Positions 1-7,949 of a stretch of 11,115 bases of DNA are shown piece after piece; the stretch's first letter is position 1; each line of letters opens with the position of its first letter. The stretch lies in the IMG/VR virus record IMGVR_UViG_2526164632_000021; one strand, 5' to 3'. The translations under genes and the position numbers were made by a program. The DNA is from a virus (taxonomy: Duplodnaviria > Heunggongvirae > Uroviricota > Caudoviricetes). The notes beneath the pieces were generated by a model. It was not told the DNA's origin and searched no databases. It was given only the letters and a program-made list of their open reading frames with translations.

Positions 1-748
1 ACCATGTTATCGGAGAGCTGCCCACGTATGGTTATCGTCGGGTATGGGCGCTGCTTCGCAGACAGGCAGAACTTGATGGTATGCCTGCGATCAATGCCAA
101 ACGTGTTTACCGGATCATGCGCCAGAATGCGCTGTTGCTTGAGCGAAAACCTGCTGTACCGCCATCGAAACGGGCACATACAGGCAGAGTGGCCGTGAAA
201 GAAAGCAATCAGCGATGGTGCTCTGACGGGTTCGAGTTCTGCTGTGATAACGGAGAGAGACTGCGTGTCACGTTCGCGCTGGACTGCTGTGATCGTGAGG
301 CACTGCACTGGGCGGTGACTACCGGCGGCTTCAACAGTGAAACAGTACAGGACGTCATGCTGGGAGCGGTGGAACGCCGCTTCGGCAACGATCTTCCGTC
401 GTCTCCAGTGGAGTGGCTGACGGATAATGGTTCATGCTACCGGGCTAATGAAACACGCCAGTTCGCCCGGATGTTGGGACTTGAACCGAAGAACACGGCG
501 GTGCGGAGTCCGGAGAGTAACGGAATAGCAGAGAGCTTCGTGAAAACGATAAAGCGTGACTACATCAGTATCATGCCCAAACCAGACGGGTTAACGGCAG
601 CAAAGAACCTTGCAGAGGCGTTCGAGCATTATAACGAATGGCATCCGCATAGTGCGCTGGGTTATCGCTCGCCACGGGAATATCTGCGGCAGCGGGCTTG
701 TAATGGGTTAAGTGATAACAGATGTCTGGAAATATAGGGGCAAATCCA
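1..748 (+). mobile_element. IS2 (IS3 family), 3' portion running off the left edge of the window; right terminal inverted repeat at about 708-748
   Basis: The sequence 721-748 (gatgtctggaaatataggggcaaatcca) is the reverse complement of the IS2 terminal sequence TGGATTTGCCCCTATATTTCCAGACATC as I recall it. The reading frame upstream encodes the C-terminal part of IS2 transposase InsD. Homology to IS66 tnpC begins immediately after 748. Confidence 0.85.
3..737 (+). CDS. insD: IS2 transposase OrfB (InsD), DDE integrase-type catalytic domain; 5'-partial because the N-terminus lies upstream of the window
   Basis: The frame is open from position 3 with no stop ([26 protein letters not shown] precedes the first Met at 81). 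The translation ...[38 protein letters not shown]...LTDNGSCY...[19 protein letters not shown]... matches my memory of IS2 InsD. Stop codon at 735-737. Confidence 0.9.
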
Positions 749-1209
749 GTTCAGCAGAACAGCGTCTGGCGGCAAGAAAAACCAGAGCCGCGCCACTGAT
801 GCAGTCACTGTATGACTGGATACAGCAACAGATGAAAACACTGTCGCGTCACTCAGATACGGCAAAAGCGTTCGCATACCTGCTGAAACAGTGGGATGCA
901 CTGAACGTGTACTGCAGTAATGGCTGGGTGGAAATCGACAACAACATCGCAGAGAACGCCTTACGGGGAGTGGCCGTAGGCCGGAAAAACTGGATGTTCG
1001 CGGGTTCCGACAGCGGTGGTGAACATGCGGCGGTGTTGTACTCGCTGATCGGCACATGCCGTCTGAACAATGTGGAGCCAGAAAAGTGGCTGCGCTACGT
1101 CATTGAACATATCCAGGACTGGCCGGCAAACCGGGTACGCGATCTGTTGCCCTGGAAAGTTGATCTGAGCTCTCAGTAAATATCAATACGGTTCTGACGA
1201 GCCGCTTAC
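749..1209 (+). mobile_element. IS66-family element, 3' remnant (tnpC 3' end plus right terminal inverted repeat), truncated on its 5' side by the IS2 insertion
   Basis: Positions 751-1160 are about 96% identical (roughly 15 mismatches) to 10705-11115 of the second IS66 copy. The element ends with cgcttac at 1203-1209, which is the reverse complement of GTAAGCG, the same motif that opens the left end of the second copy at 8460. Confidence 0.75.
751..1179 (+). pseudogene. tnpC: IS66-family transposase TnpC, C-terminal fragment only (about 143 codons); the rest is displaced by IS2
   Basis: Translation [113 protein letters not shown]... is near-identical to the 3' frame of the tnpC at the right end of the window. 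The Met at 712 that opens the ORF-track entry lies inside the IS2 inverted repeat, so it is a chimeric artefact. Confidence 0.8.
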
Positions 1210-1217
1210 TGTTCATG

Positions 1218-2531
1218 TCATTCTCCTGTTCTGCCTGTATCACTGCCCACTTCATCCAGCCCCTTAACATCCTGCCACGGCCCGTCACCAAACCTGACCT
1301 GCAAATGCCGAAAAAAACCCTGAACCCGTGTGGTATCTTTGGGGTCAAGAAAGGTCAGTCCGGTGATGAGTGCGCCATCTGTATCCGGGAACCAGCCATG
1401 GCTGTTTGTCTCAATAATGTTTCCCGGCCCCAGACGGAACCGTATTTGCGTCTCCCCCGGGTCGCCCTTCGGCCCCTGAGGTCCGGTTGCCCCCACCGGG
1501 CCAGCCGCACCTGTTTCTCCTTTCGGTCCCTGTGGGCCAGCCGGGCCTGCCGCACCGGTATCTCCCTTTGGACCCTGTGGACCTGCATTTCCCGTCAGAC
1601 CGGTCTCTCCCCGCTCTCCCCTGTCGCCTTTCGGTCCCTGTGGTCCTGCCGGACCAGCATCACCTGCCGGTCCCCGTTCGCCGGTTGCCCCGACAGGGCC
1701 GGTGTCACCACGCTCTCCCTTATCCCCCTTCGGCCCCTGAGGGCCAGCGGGCCCCTGTTCCCCCTTTGGCCCGGGAGGTCCCACCACGGTGGGGATTCGG
1801 TTTACGGCGTCTTCCGCCGCTATCCTGCTTTGTTCCGCTGACTGTGCGCTTTCTGCTGACTCCCGGGCTTTTTCTGCTGCGGTCGTTGCATCCCTGGCTG
1901 CATTACCGGCTGCACTTTCTGCCGTCTTTCTTGACAATTCAGCATCTGCTGCACTTTGTGATGACTCACTGGCTTTTTGAGCGGCCGCAGAAGCCGAGGA
2001 CGAGGACGCATCCTCTGACTGCTTTGCTGAGGCTGCACTTTCTGCCGCCTGCCGGGCTGACTCCGATGCCTCCCCTGCTGAAGTGTCAGCATTTGCAGCG
2101 CTCTCTTCTGCCTGACTGGCTGATATGCCGGCATTCCTCGCTGACGTCTCCGCCTCTCCGGCATTCTTCTTCGCCTCCTCTGCGTTACGCACCACCTCTT
2201 CCACCATCAGTTCAAAACGGCGCAGTGCCTCAGGACGGGCATCATCCTCCGTCATGGCACCGAGAAAATCATTCAGCGTACCGGGTCGGGAATCTTCATA
2301 CACGGTGATGGTCCCGGCATGTGAAGGCGGAAAACCTTCAACCAGCAGGGTGACGCTGTACTGACCATGCTCAACATCCATGCTGTAACGTCCGGCTTCA
2401 TCCGGATTTTCAGAGGCCACCGTGTTCACCACCACCGTGCTGCTGGTTCGTCTGGCCTTCAGCACAATGGTGCAGTTCTGTACTGGTTTTCCTGTGCCAT
2501 CTTTAAGCACGCCAGAAATTTTTACTGTCAT
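1218..2531 (-). CDS. stf: Side tail fibre protein (lambda Stf-like), 437 aa, with a conserved N-terminal virion-attachment region, an Ala/Ser/Glu-rich segment, a collagen-like Gly-X-Y repeat and a short C-terminal domain
   Basis: N-terminus [28 protein letters not shown]...[19 protein letters not shown]...[16 protein letters not shown] matches lambda Stf (orf-401) as I recall it. Residues about 251-360 are uninterrupted G-X-Y triplets ([26 protein letters not shown]...). It sits downstream of lom as in lambda. A GGUGGA Shine-Dalgarno lies upstream of the ATG. Confidence 0.85.
   Translation of the reverse strand: MTVKISGVLKDGTGKPVQNCTIVLKARRTSSTVVVNTVASENPDEAGRYSMDVEHGQYSVTLLVEGFPPSHAGTITVYEDSRPGTLNDFLGAMTEDDARPEALRRFELMVEEVVRNAEEAKKNAGEAETSARNAGISASQAEESAANADTSAGEASESARQAAESAASAKQSEDASSSSASAAAQKASESSQSAADAELSRKTAESAAGNAARDATTAAEKARESAESAQSAEQSRIAAEDAVNRIPTVVGPPGPKGEQGPAGPQGPKGDKGERGDTGPVGATGERGPAGDAGPAGPQGPKGDRGERGETGLTGNAGPQGPKGDTGAAGPAGPQGPKGETGAAGPVGATGPQGPKGDPGETQIRFRLGPGNIIETNSHGWFPDTDGALITGLTFLDPKDTTRVQGFFRHLQVRFGDGPWQDVKGLDEVGSDTGRTGE
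1452..1781 (-). repeat. Collagen-like Gly-X-Y triplet repeat (about 36 triplets) inside stf; the DNA is correspondingly repetitive (ggnccn units)
   Basis: Coordinates derived from protein residues 251-360 of the 1218-2531 ORF. The plus strand shows repeated ccctgaggncc / ggaccagc-type units. Confidence 0.8.
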
Positions 2532-2544
2532 ACTTTTCCACCAA

Positions 2545-2580
2545 TAAAAAAAGCCCGCAGCAGTGACGCCACGGGCTTCA
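2545..2580 (-). terminator. Putative intrinsic terminator on the minus strand in the lom-stf intergenic region
   Basis: Minus-strand RNA reads GAAGCCCG-(14 nt loop)-CGGGCUU followed by UUUUUUAUU. The stem is plus 2551-2557 paired with 2572-2578, and the U-tract corresponds to the plus-strand A-run at 2544-2550. It ends about 10 nt upstream of the stf Shine-Dalgarno. Confidence 0.5.
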
Positions 2581-2682
2581 GGACAGTGTAACTTTACGTT
2601 TCCTCAAACGCAGTTCACCCCATAAGGTGGATGAACCTGCGTATCATAACAATATTTACAGAAGATAAATCGGCGTCTGTTG

Positions 2683-3282
2683 TCAGAAACGGTATCCGAT
2701 ACCAACAATAAATGCATCCGTTCGCCAGTCGCCACTACCGGAACCTTCATAAGCAAGGTCAATGGTCACGGATTCGGTCGGGTTAAACTGCACGCCAGCC
2801 CCCCACGCCAGAGACGTGTTGCTGTGGCGACCGTCATCACTTCCGGTCAGCACATCGTGCGTTTTCCCCTTGTTGTCAGTTACGCGGAGATAATCCCCGG
2901 AGAAAGTCGACACACGGCTGTAAGCCACACCCACCATCGCATACGCGCTGAACCATTCATTCACGCGCACAGACGGCCCCGCCATCACGCTGAACCAGCG
3001 GTTACGCACGGAATCTTCATGCCAGCGGGTATCGCTGTAGTGCGTTTTTTGCTCATCCTCAGCATTGGCATAACTGAAGGACGTAATCAGCCCCAGCGCG
3101 TCCGTAAACTCATAACGGTATTTCACGTTAATCCCGTTCAGATTATCGCTGCCGGGAGCGTTCGTACGGGCATGAAGATACCCCGCGCTCAGTGTGGACT
3201 GATGTTCAGACGCCCATGCAGGCGCACCGGATACGGACAGACAGATGGCTGCGGACAAAATGGCTGCACAAACTTTACGCAT
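2683..3282 (-). CDS. lom: Lom outer-membrane beta-barrel protein (Ail/Lom/PagC family), 199 aa, with an N-terminal signal peptide
   Basis: Translation MRKVCAAILSAAICLSVSGAPAWASEHQSTLSAGYLHARTNAPGSDNLNGINVKYRYEFTD...AYEGSGSGDWRTDAFIVGIGYRF is near-identical along its length to lambda Lom as I recall it, with a C-terminal aromatic residue typical of outer-membrane barrels. It is immediately downstream of J as in lambda. Shine-Dalgarno GAGAGG lies 5 nt before the ATG. Confidence 0.92.
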   Translation of the reverse strand: MRKVCAAILSAAICLSVSGAPAWASEHQSTLSAGYLHARTNAPGSDNLNGINVKYRYEFTDALGLITSFSYANAEDEQKTHYSDTRWHEDSVRNRWFSVMAGPSVRVNEWFSAYAMVGVAYSRVSTFSGDYLRVTDNKGKTHDVLTGSDDGRHSNTSLAWGAGVQFNPTESVTIDLAYEGSGSGDWRTDAFIVGIGYRF

Positions 3283-3304
3283 AATTACCTCTCGCTTTTC
3301 TGCA

Positions 3305-3331
3305 ATAAAAAAGGCGCCATTTCTGGCGCCC
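3305..3331 (-). terminator. Putative intrinsic terminator on the minus strand between J and lom
   Basis: Minus-strand RNA reads GGCGCCA-GAAA-UGGCGCC followed by UUUUUUAUU. This is a perfect 7-bp GC-rich stem (plus 3313-3319 paired with 3324-3330) with a 4-nt loop and a U-tract. Confidence 0.6.
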
Positions 3332-3349
3332 GTATATGGGTTATAAAAT

Positions 3350-6300
3350 TCAGCTGATACTGATGCCTGCGGTGGCTTTCTTCATCACCACAACCAGCAA
3401 ATCGCTGATACTTGCTGTGGGATACCAGTTATTCACCAGCCATGCTGACACCGAAAACTCCAGCGTCATGTGACCGTGACCGGCAGGCATATCAATAACA
3501 CCACTGTAAATCAGCGTATTATCCAGCGCGGTACGGTTATAAATTTCAGCACCGTTTTTCCGCACTATCAGACGGCATGAGGAGTAAATATCAGTATGCT
3601 CTCTCTCATGCTTAGCGCCACTGAATGCCACCGCCGGAATAACAATTTGCCGGTCAAACGGCTGATCGTCATAAACCCTGACGGTAATGGTCCCTGATGG
3701 CCACCGCTCCGGTGCACGGGAGTCCCGGGGGAAAGCTTTGCCCACTGTTTTAACGAGATCGCCTTCAATCTGGTTGGCGGACAGTTTTCCCAGAACCCGA
3801 CAGTTTTCGTTAATCGTGACGTTGTTGAGCGTCCCGGAGTTCGCATTCACGTTACCGCTGATATCGGCATTTTTCGCCGTCAGCCGCCCGTCCGGTGTCA
3901 GGGAAAATGCCGGAGGATTACCGCCGCTGGTAATGGTGGGAGCCGTCAGGTATTTCAGGAACACTTCGTTCATGAATATCTGATCGCCCTGACCAACAAA
4001 CATCGGCTTTGTGTTGCCATTCGCAGGATTAATCATCGCAATCCGGTCAGCAGCCAGAAGCACCTGACTCTGCATACCTGCTGGCGTATTCTCAATACCG
4101 GCTCCGATACCCGCAATATAAAGGCGTCCGTCCTGCATCTGCTGCAGTTTCACGGCCCACATGCTGTTCAGGTTATTATTTGTATCAACCTGAACTTTCT
4201 GTATCTGCTGGATTGCCGCACTCTGGTCTTCCAGTTTTTTATTGACGGTCTGCGTGATTTCATTGCTGACATTCGTAATGGACGTCCTGATTTCAGCCAA
4301 GTCCGGCGCAAGCTGACCGTTATCAATCTGCGTCCACAGCTCCTGGGCCAGATGTGTTTTCCCGATTTCTCCTTTGAAAAAATCCAGGTAACCTTCCGCA
4401 TCATCGCTCGCCCGACCGACAGCCTCCACGAATGCCGATTTGCCAACGGTGTTCACACTGCGAACGTAAAAATAATAATCATGGCCCGGTTTGATATTGA
4501 TACTGGCGGCTATCCAGTACAGCGCCGTACCAAGATAACGCGCGCTGGTTTCAACCTGCCTGATATCAGCAATCCGTTTTTCCGAGAACCAGAACTCAAA
4601 CTGTACCGTCGGATCATAAACCGCAAAATGCGGCGTGGCGGTTATCTGAAAATAGCCCGGCGTCAGCTCAATCCGCGACGGTGCTGCCGGTGCGGCAATC
4701 CGGAACGATACCGATGCCGGATCGCCCTGCTGTCCCCACGCATTTACCGCCCGGACTGTCAGCCTGTAATTTCCCAGCGCCAGTTGCGTGAAGCGGTATG
4801 TAGTTTCCGTCGTCCTGGCCGTGCTGACCAGCCGCTCACTGCCATCGTCCGCTGCCACGGTCAGGCGAAGCAGGAAGCTCACGCCCTTCACCACCTTCGG
4901 CGTGTCCCAGCGCGCCAGCACCTGATATTCCCCACTGTCTGCGGTGACTTCTGCGGTCAGGTGCTGCACCGCTGGCGGCGTGACACCATTCACCGTGCCG
5001 CTCTGGTCGCCGTCAAAGTGCGCCCCGTTATCCACGATGGCCTCTTTTTCCGGTACATGCTGCACGGCGGTGATGGCATACGTGCCGTCGTCGTTCTCAC
5101 GGATACTCACGCAGCGGAACAGGCGCTGGCGCAGCATCGGCAGCTTCAGCCCCCACACGCTGTACTCGGCAACGCCGTCAGGAACACGGCTCACTTTTAC
5201 CTTCACGCCATCAGTGACGGACTGAACCTCCACGCTGACCGGATTGCCACTTCCGTCAACCAGGCTTATCAGCGTGGTGCCGGAAGATGGCAGCGTGATT
5301 TCACGGTCGAGCGTCAGCGTCCGGGTCTGGCTGTTCACCGCCAGCACGCGCCCGCCGGTGCTGATACCGGCATAGTCATCATCACAGATTTCAATGACAT
5401 CGCCCGGTACATGGCGAAGCCCTTCTGCACCCACGCTGAAGTCCACGGTCTGCGTTTCCAGCAGTTCCGTTTTAATCAGCCACAGCCCGGCGCGGTGCAC
5501 CTGCCCCCGGCTGGTACAGCCAAAGGCATCCATCTTCGTGACGTGACGACCGTAACGGGCAATGGCCTGCGTATCCTCCACAAGCTCTGTCGCCGTCTCC
5601 CAGCCGTTGTTCGGGTCAATCCAGTTCACCTCAACGGCATTATGGCGGTCCTTCAGGGCGCTGAAGCTGTAGCGGAACGGCGCGCCATCATCCGGCATCA
5701 CCACATTACTGCGGTTATAGGTCCACACCTTATCTGATGGTCGGTCCTGCACGAACGTCAGCGTCTGCCCGTTCCATACCGGCATACAGCGCATCGCCGA
5801 GCAGAAATCACTGAGCACATCCCACGCCTTGCGCTGTGTGGTCAGGTACGCATTACAGGTAATGCGCGGCTCCGTGCCGCCAAAGCCATCCGGCACTGAC
5901 TGGTCGCAGTACTGGCCGATGACATACAGCGCCCATTTGTCCACATCCGCCGCACCAAGACGTTTCCCCATGCCGTAGCGTGGATGGGTCAGCATATCCC
6001 ACAGACACCAGGCCATGTTGTTGCTGTATGCCGGTTTAAACGTTCCGTCCCAGATACCGCTGTATTGCCGCGTCTGCGGGTTATAATTCGACGGCACCTG
6101 CAGAATACGCCCGCGCAGATGATAATTACGGCTCACCTGCTGGCTGCCGAACTGCTCCGAGTCCACCTGCACGCCGACCAGTGCCGTGTTCGGGTAGCCC
6201 TGTTTCACATCGATGATTTCGGTGTATGACGACCAGAGCGTTTTGTTCTGCAGCTGGTCTGTGGTGCTGTCAGGCGTCATCCTGCGCATCCGGATATTAA

Positions 6301-6829
6301 ACGGGCGCGGCGGCAGGTTATCCACCACCACCGAGGCCAGATACTGCGAGGTGGTTTTGCCCTTAATGGTGATGTCTTTTTCCGTCACCCAGCCACCGTT
6401 ACGCTGTATCTGAACCAGCAGGCGGACTTCCGACGGATTCCGGTCCCCCTTTGAGGTGGTTTCCACCAGTGCCTGCACACCGAAGGTAAAGCGCAGACGG
6501 TCGATGTTTGCCGACGTGATGGTCCGGGTGATCGGCGTGTCATATTTCACTTCCGTACCCAGCACCGTCTCGGAGCCGGAGGATTCAAATCCCTCCGGCG
6601 GTGTCTGCTCCTGCTCACCTGCCCGGAACACCACCGTGACACCGGATATATTGGTATTCCCCTCACTGTCCAGCACCGGCGTACTGTTCAGCAGCACGCT
6701 TTTTAATCCGTCCACCGGACCTTCAACCGGCCCTTCGCTGATGGCATCGATCACACTCAGCAGCTGCGTGGACTTCAGGTTGTCCCTCGCTTCGCGCGGG
6801 GTATGCCCCTTACTGCTTCCTTTACCCAT
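3350..6829 (-). CDS. J: Tail tip host-specificity protein J (central tail fibre, lambda gpJ family), 1159 aa
   Basis: The ORF is uninterrupted and of the same size class as lambda J (1132 aa as I recall). It sits between I and lom, and conserved gpJ-like N-terminal and central blocks are recognisable (e.g. ...[19 protein letters not shown]...). Shine-Dalgarno GAGG lies 6-7 nt upstream of the ATG. Confidence 0.95.
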   Translation of the reverse strand: MGKGSSKGHTPREARDNLKSTQLLSVIDAISEGPVEGPVDGLKSVLLNSTPVLDSEGNTNISGVTVVFRAGEQEQTPPEGFESSGSETVLGTEVKYDTPITRTITSANIDRLRFTFGVQALVETTSKGDRNPSEVRLLVQIQRNGGWVTEKDITIKGKTTSQYLASVVVDNLPPRPFNIRMRRMTPDSTTDQLQNKTLWSSYTEIIDVKQGYPNTALVGVQVDSEQFGSQQVSRNYHLRGRILQVPSNYNPQTRQYSGIWDGTFKPAYSNNMAWCLWDMLTHPRYGMGKRLGAADVDKWALYVIGQYCDQSVPDGFGGTEPRITCNAYLTTQRKAWDVLSDFCSAMRCMPVWNGQTLTFVQDRPSDKVWTYNRSNVVMPDDGAPFRYSFSALKDRHNAVEVNWIDPNNGWETATELVEDTQAIARYGRHVTKMDAFGCTSRGQVHRAGLWLIKTELLETQTVDFSVGAEGLRHVPGDVIEICDDDYAGISTGGRVLAVNSQTRTLTLDREITLPSSGTTLISLVDGSGNPVSVEVQSVTDGVKVKVSRVPDGVAEYSVWGLKLPMLRQRLFRCVSIRENDDGTYAITAVQHVPEKEAIVDNGAHFDGDQSGTVNGVTPPAVQHLTAEVTADSGEYQVLARWDTPKVVKGVSFLLRLTVAADDGSERLVSTARTTETTYRFTQLALGNYRLTVRAVNAWGQQGDPASVSFRIAAPAAPSRIELTPGYFQITATPHFAVYDPTVQFEFWFSEKRIADIRQVETSARYLGTALYWIAASINIKPGHDYYFYVRSVNTVGKSAFVEAVGRASDDAEGYLDFFKGEIGKTHLAQELWTQIDNGQLAPDLAEIRTSITNVSNEITQTVNKKLEDQSAAIQQIQKVQVDTNNNLNSMWAVKLQQMQDGRLYIAGIGAGIENTPAGMQSQVLLAADRIAMINPANGNTKPMFVGQGDQIFMNEVFLKYLTAPTITSGGNPPAFSLTPDGRLTAKNADISGNVNANSGTLNNVTINENCRVLGKLSANQIEGDLVKTVGKAFPRDSRAPERWPSGTITVRVYDDQPFDRQIVIPAVAFSGAKHEREHTDIYSSCRLIVRKNGAEIYNRTALDNTLIYSGVIDMPAGHGHMTLEFSVSAWLVNNWYPTASISDLLVVVMKKATAGISIS

Positions 6830-6841
6830 TCCTCACACTCC

Positions 6842-6872
6842 ATAAACAACAAAGCCGCCCAAAAGGCGGCTC
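6842..6872 (-). terminator. Putative intrinsic terminator on the minus strand directly downstream of the lipoprotein gene and upstream of the J ribosome-binding site
   Basis: Minus-strand RNA reads AGCCGCC-UUUUG-GGCGGCU followed by UUGUUGUUUAU. The 7-bp GC stem is plus 6853-6859 paired with 6865-6871, with a U-rich tail. Confidence 0.55.
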
Positions 6873-6895
6873 ATGAGTTACGACAGGATTAACTA

Positions 6896-7234
6896 TTATT
6901 TACATGCATTAACACTATCAGCAAAAATTTTTGGCGTTAATGCTGGTACACGTTCATAAAGAGTAAAACTACTGCCATTTCCTGCTTTTTTGATATCAAG
7001 CACAACATCATATCCCCCCATAGCCTGTGGAACTAAAAGGCTTACCCCATTCTCAATAGGAAGGGATGTTATAGGTGTTCCATTACCAGCCCATTGTCTG
7101 GATATGCAGCCTGACAATTCATCAATATTTTTTAATGAATTACCTTCCATTACAGGTTTTCCGGATTTTACGTAATCCAAAGATTTACATCCTGTTAAGG
7201 CAATAATCGTGCAGAATAAAATCGTTTTGTTCAT
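6896..7234 (-). CDS. Small predicted outer-membrane lipoprotein (112 aa from the ATG start), in a low-GC island inserted in the I-J gap; function unknown, candidate superinfection-exclusion or defence factor
   Basis: N-terminus MNKTILFCTIIALTGC-KS has a positively charged n-region, a hydrophobic core and an L-T-G-C lipobox; the residue after the lipidated Cys is Lys, not Asp. The region 6880-7307 is visibly AT-rich against flanks of about 55-60% GC. It is followed by its own terminator hairpin. The ORF-track version begins 4 codons upstream at a TTG (7246); I prefer the ATG at 7232-7234. Confidence 0.7.
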   Translation of the reverse strand: MNKTILFCTIIALTGCKSLDYVKSGKPVMEGNSLKNIDELSGCISRQWAGNGTPITSLPIENGVSLLVPQAMGGYDVVLDIKKAGNGSSFTLYERVPALTPKIFADSVNACK

Positions 7235-7307
7235 ATAGCTAACCAATAGAATAATTATCAGTGTTCGATATAAATATTAAATCAGTTAGAACATGAGTAA
7301 AATAATA
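7235..7307 (-). promoter_or_regulatory. AT-rich putative promoter region for the lipoprotein gene, in the gap between the I stop and the lipoprotein start
   Basis: Minus strand reads ...GTTCTAACTGATTTAATATTTATATCGAACACTGATAATTATTCTATTGGTTAGCTAT-ATG. It contains -10-like hexamers (GATAAT preceded by TG, also TATATC) and AT-rich upstream sequence. No Shine-Dalgarno is obvious. This is not validated. Confidence 0.3.
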
Positions 7308-7949
7308 TTACCGCCCAATTACCACAACCTGACCACCATCCCCTTCATCTGCCGTGCTGATCTCCTGAGATGCCACACGTGACCCCACGCGCATTTCACC
7401 GTACAGAACAGGCAGGACATTGCCCTGGGCAACCATGTTATCCAGTGAGGAGAAATAGGTGTTCTGTTTGCCGTTATCCGTTGTCTGTGTACGGGGAGTT
7501 CTGGCTTTCGGTGCCAGCATCTGCGCCACACCACCAAGCGTCATCGCCGCACCCATTGAAAAGAGAATGTCACTGAAAGCGATACTGATCCCCGGCATCC
7601 AGATTGCCGTAGCAATCAACGCCGCACCCAGCACCGCCTGAAACACACCGCCACTTTTTGCTCCCGCAAGACGCGGCACGATGTGGATCACGGCACCATT
7701 TGCCAGCGGCTCATTAAGACGGGATGATAATTCGGTTTCTCCTGCATCCCGCCCGGCAATCCGTACCTGATACCAGCCATCGCTCAGTTTCTGACGAAAC
7801 GCCGGGAGCTGTGTGGCCAGTGCGCGGATGGCTTCAGCCCCCGTTTTCACACGAAGGTCGATGCGGCGGCCAAATCGTTGCAAATCCCCGTAAAGGCAGA
7901 TGCGCGCCATGCCCGGTGACGCCAGAGGGAGTGTGTGCGTCGCTGCCAT
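7308..7949 (-). CDS. I: Tail tip assembly protein I (lambda gpI family), 213 aa
   Basis: Translation MAATHTLPLASPGMARICLYGDLQRFGRRIDLRVKTGAEAIRALATQLPAFRQKLSDGWYQVRIAGRD...MLAPKARTPRTQTTDNGKQNTYFSSLDNMVAQGNVLPVLYGEMRVGSRV.SQEISTADEGDGGQVVVIGR matches lambda I at both ends as I recall it. Its 5' end overlaps the K 3' end by 103 nt, as I recall for lambda K/I. Confidence 0.93.
   Translation of the reverse strand: MAATHTLPLASPGMARICLYGDLQRFGRRIDLRVKTGAEAIRALATQLPAFRQKLSDGWYQVRIAGRDAGETELSSRLNEPLANGAVIHIVPRLAGAKSGGVFQAVLGAALIATAIWMPGISIAFSDILFSMGAAMTLGGVAQMLAPKARTPRTQTTDNGKQNTYFSSLDNMVAQGNVLPVLYGEMRVGSRVASQEISTADEGDGGQVVVIGR

Noticed and set aside
662-1057. Minus-strand ORF (131 aa, [12 protein letters not shown]...) and its twin at 10639-11010
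   Set aside because: Both are antisense frames inside IS66 tnpC. They look conserved only because the underlying tnpC nucleotide sequence is about 96% identical between the two copies. Their Arg/Cys/Pro/Ser-rich composition is typical of non-coding frames.
712-1179. ORF-track entry starting with a Met at 712 (155 aa)
   Set aside because: The first roughly 12 codons are IS2 terminal-repeat sequence. The biologically meaningful unit is the tnpC fragment from about 751, so it is annotated as a pseudogene fragment rather than a CDS.
1452-1781. Possible CRISPR array or other non-coding tandem repeat
   Set aside because: The periodicity is 9 bp / 3 codons and sits inside an uninterrupted ORF encoding Gly-X-Y triplets. 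There is no repeat-spacer architecture.
1487-2308. Plus-strand ORF (273 aa), very Pro/Leu-rich
   Set aside because: It is antisense to stf. The proline richness is a mirror of the Gly-X-Y (ggn ccn) collagen-like repeat on the coding strand.
2680-3357. Plus-strand ORF (225 aa) overlapping lom
   Set aside because: It is antisense to the well-supported lom gene, and no homology is recognisable.
4352-5737. Long plus-strand ORF (461 aa) in the middle of the window
   Set aside because: It lies entirely antisense to the J gene. The translation is Arg/Ala/His-rich low-complexity text typical of the antisense frame of GC-rich coding DNA, with no recognisable domain, and J on the opposite strand is strongly supported.
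6896-7246. Longer 116-aa version of the lipoprotein ORF
   Set aside because: The codon at 7244-7246 is TTG. The ATG four codons downstream (7232-7234) gives a canonical lipoprotein signal peptide (MNK + hydrophobic core + LTGC), so I prefer the shorter start, although the TTG start cannot be excluded.
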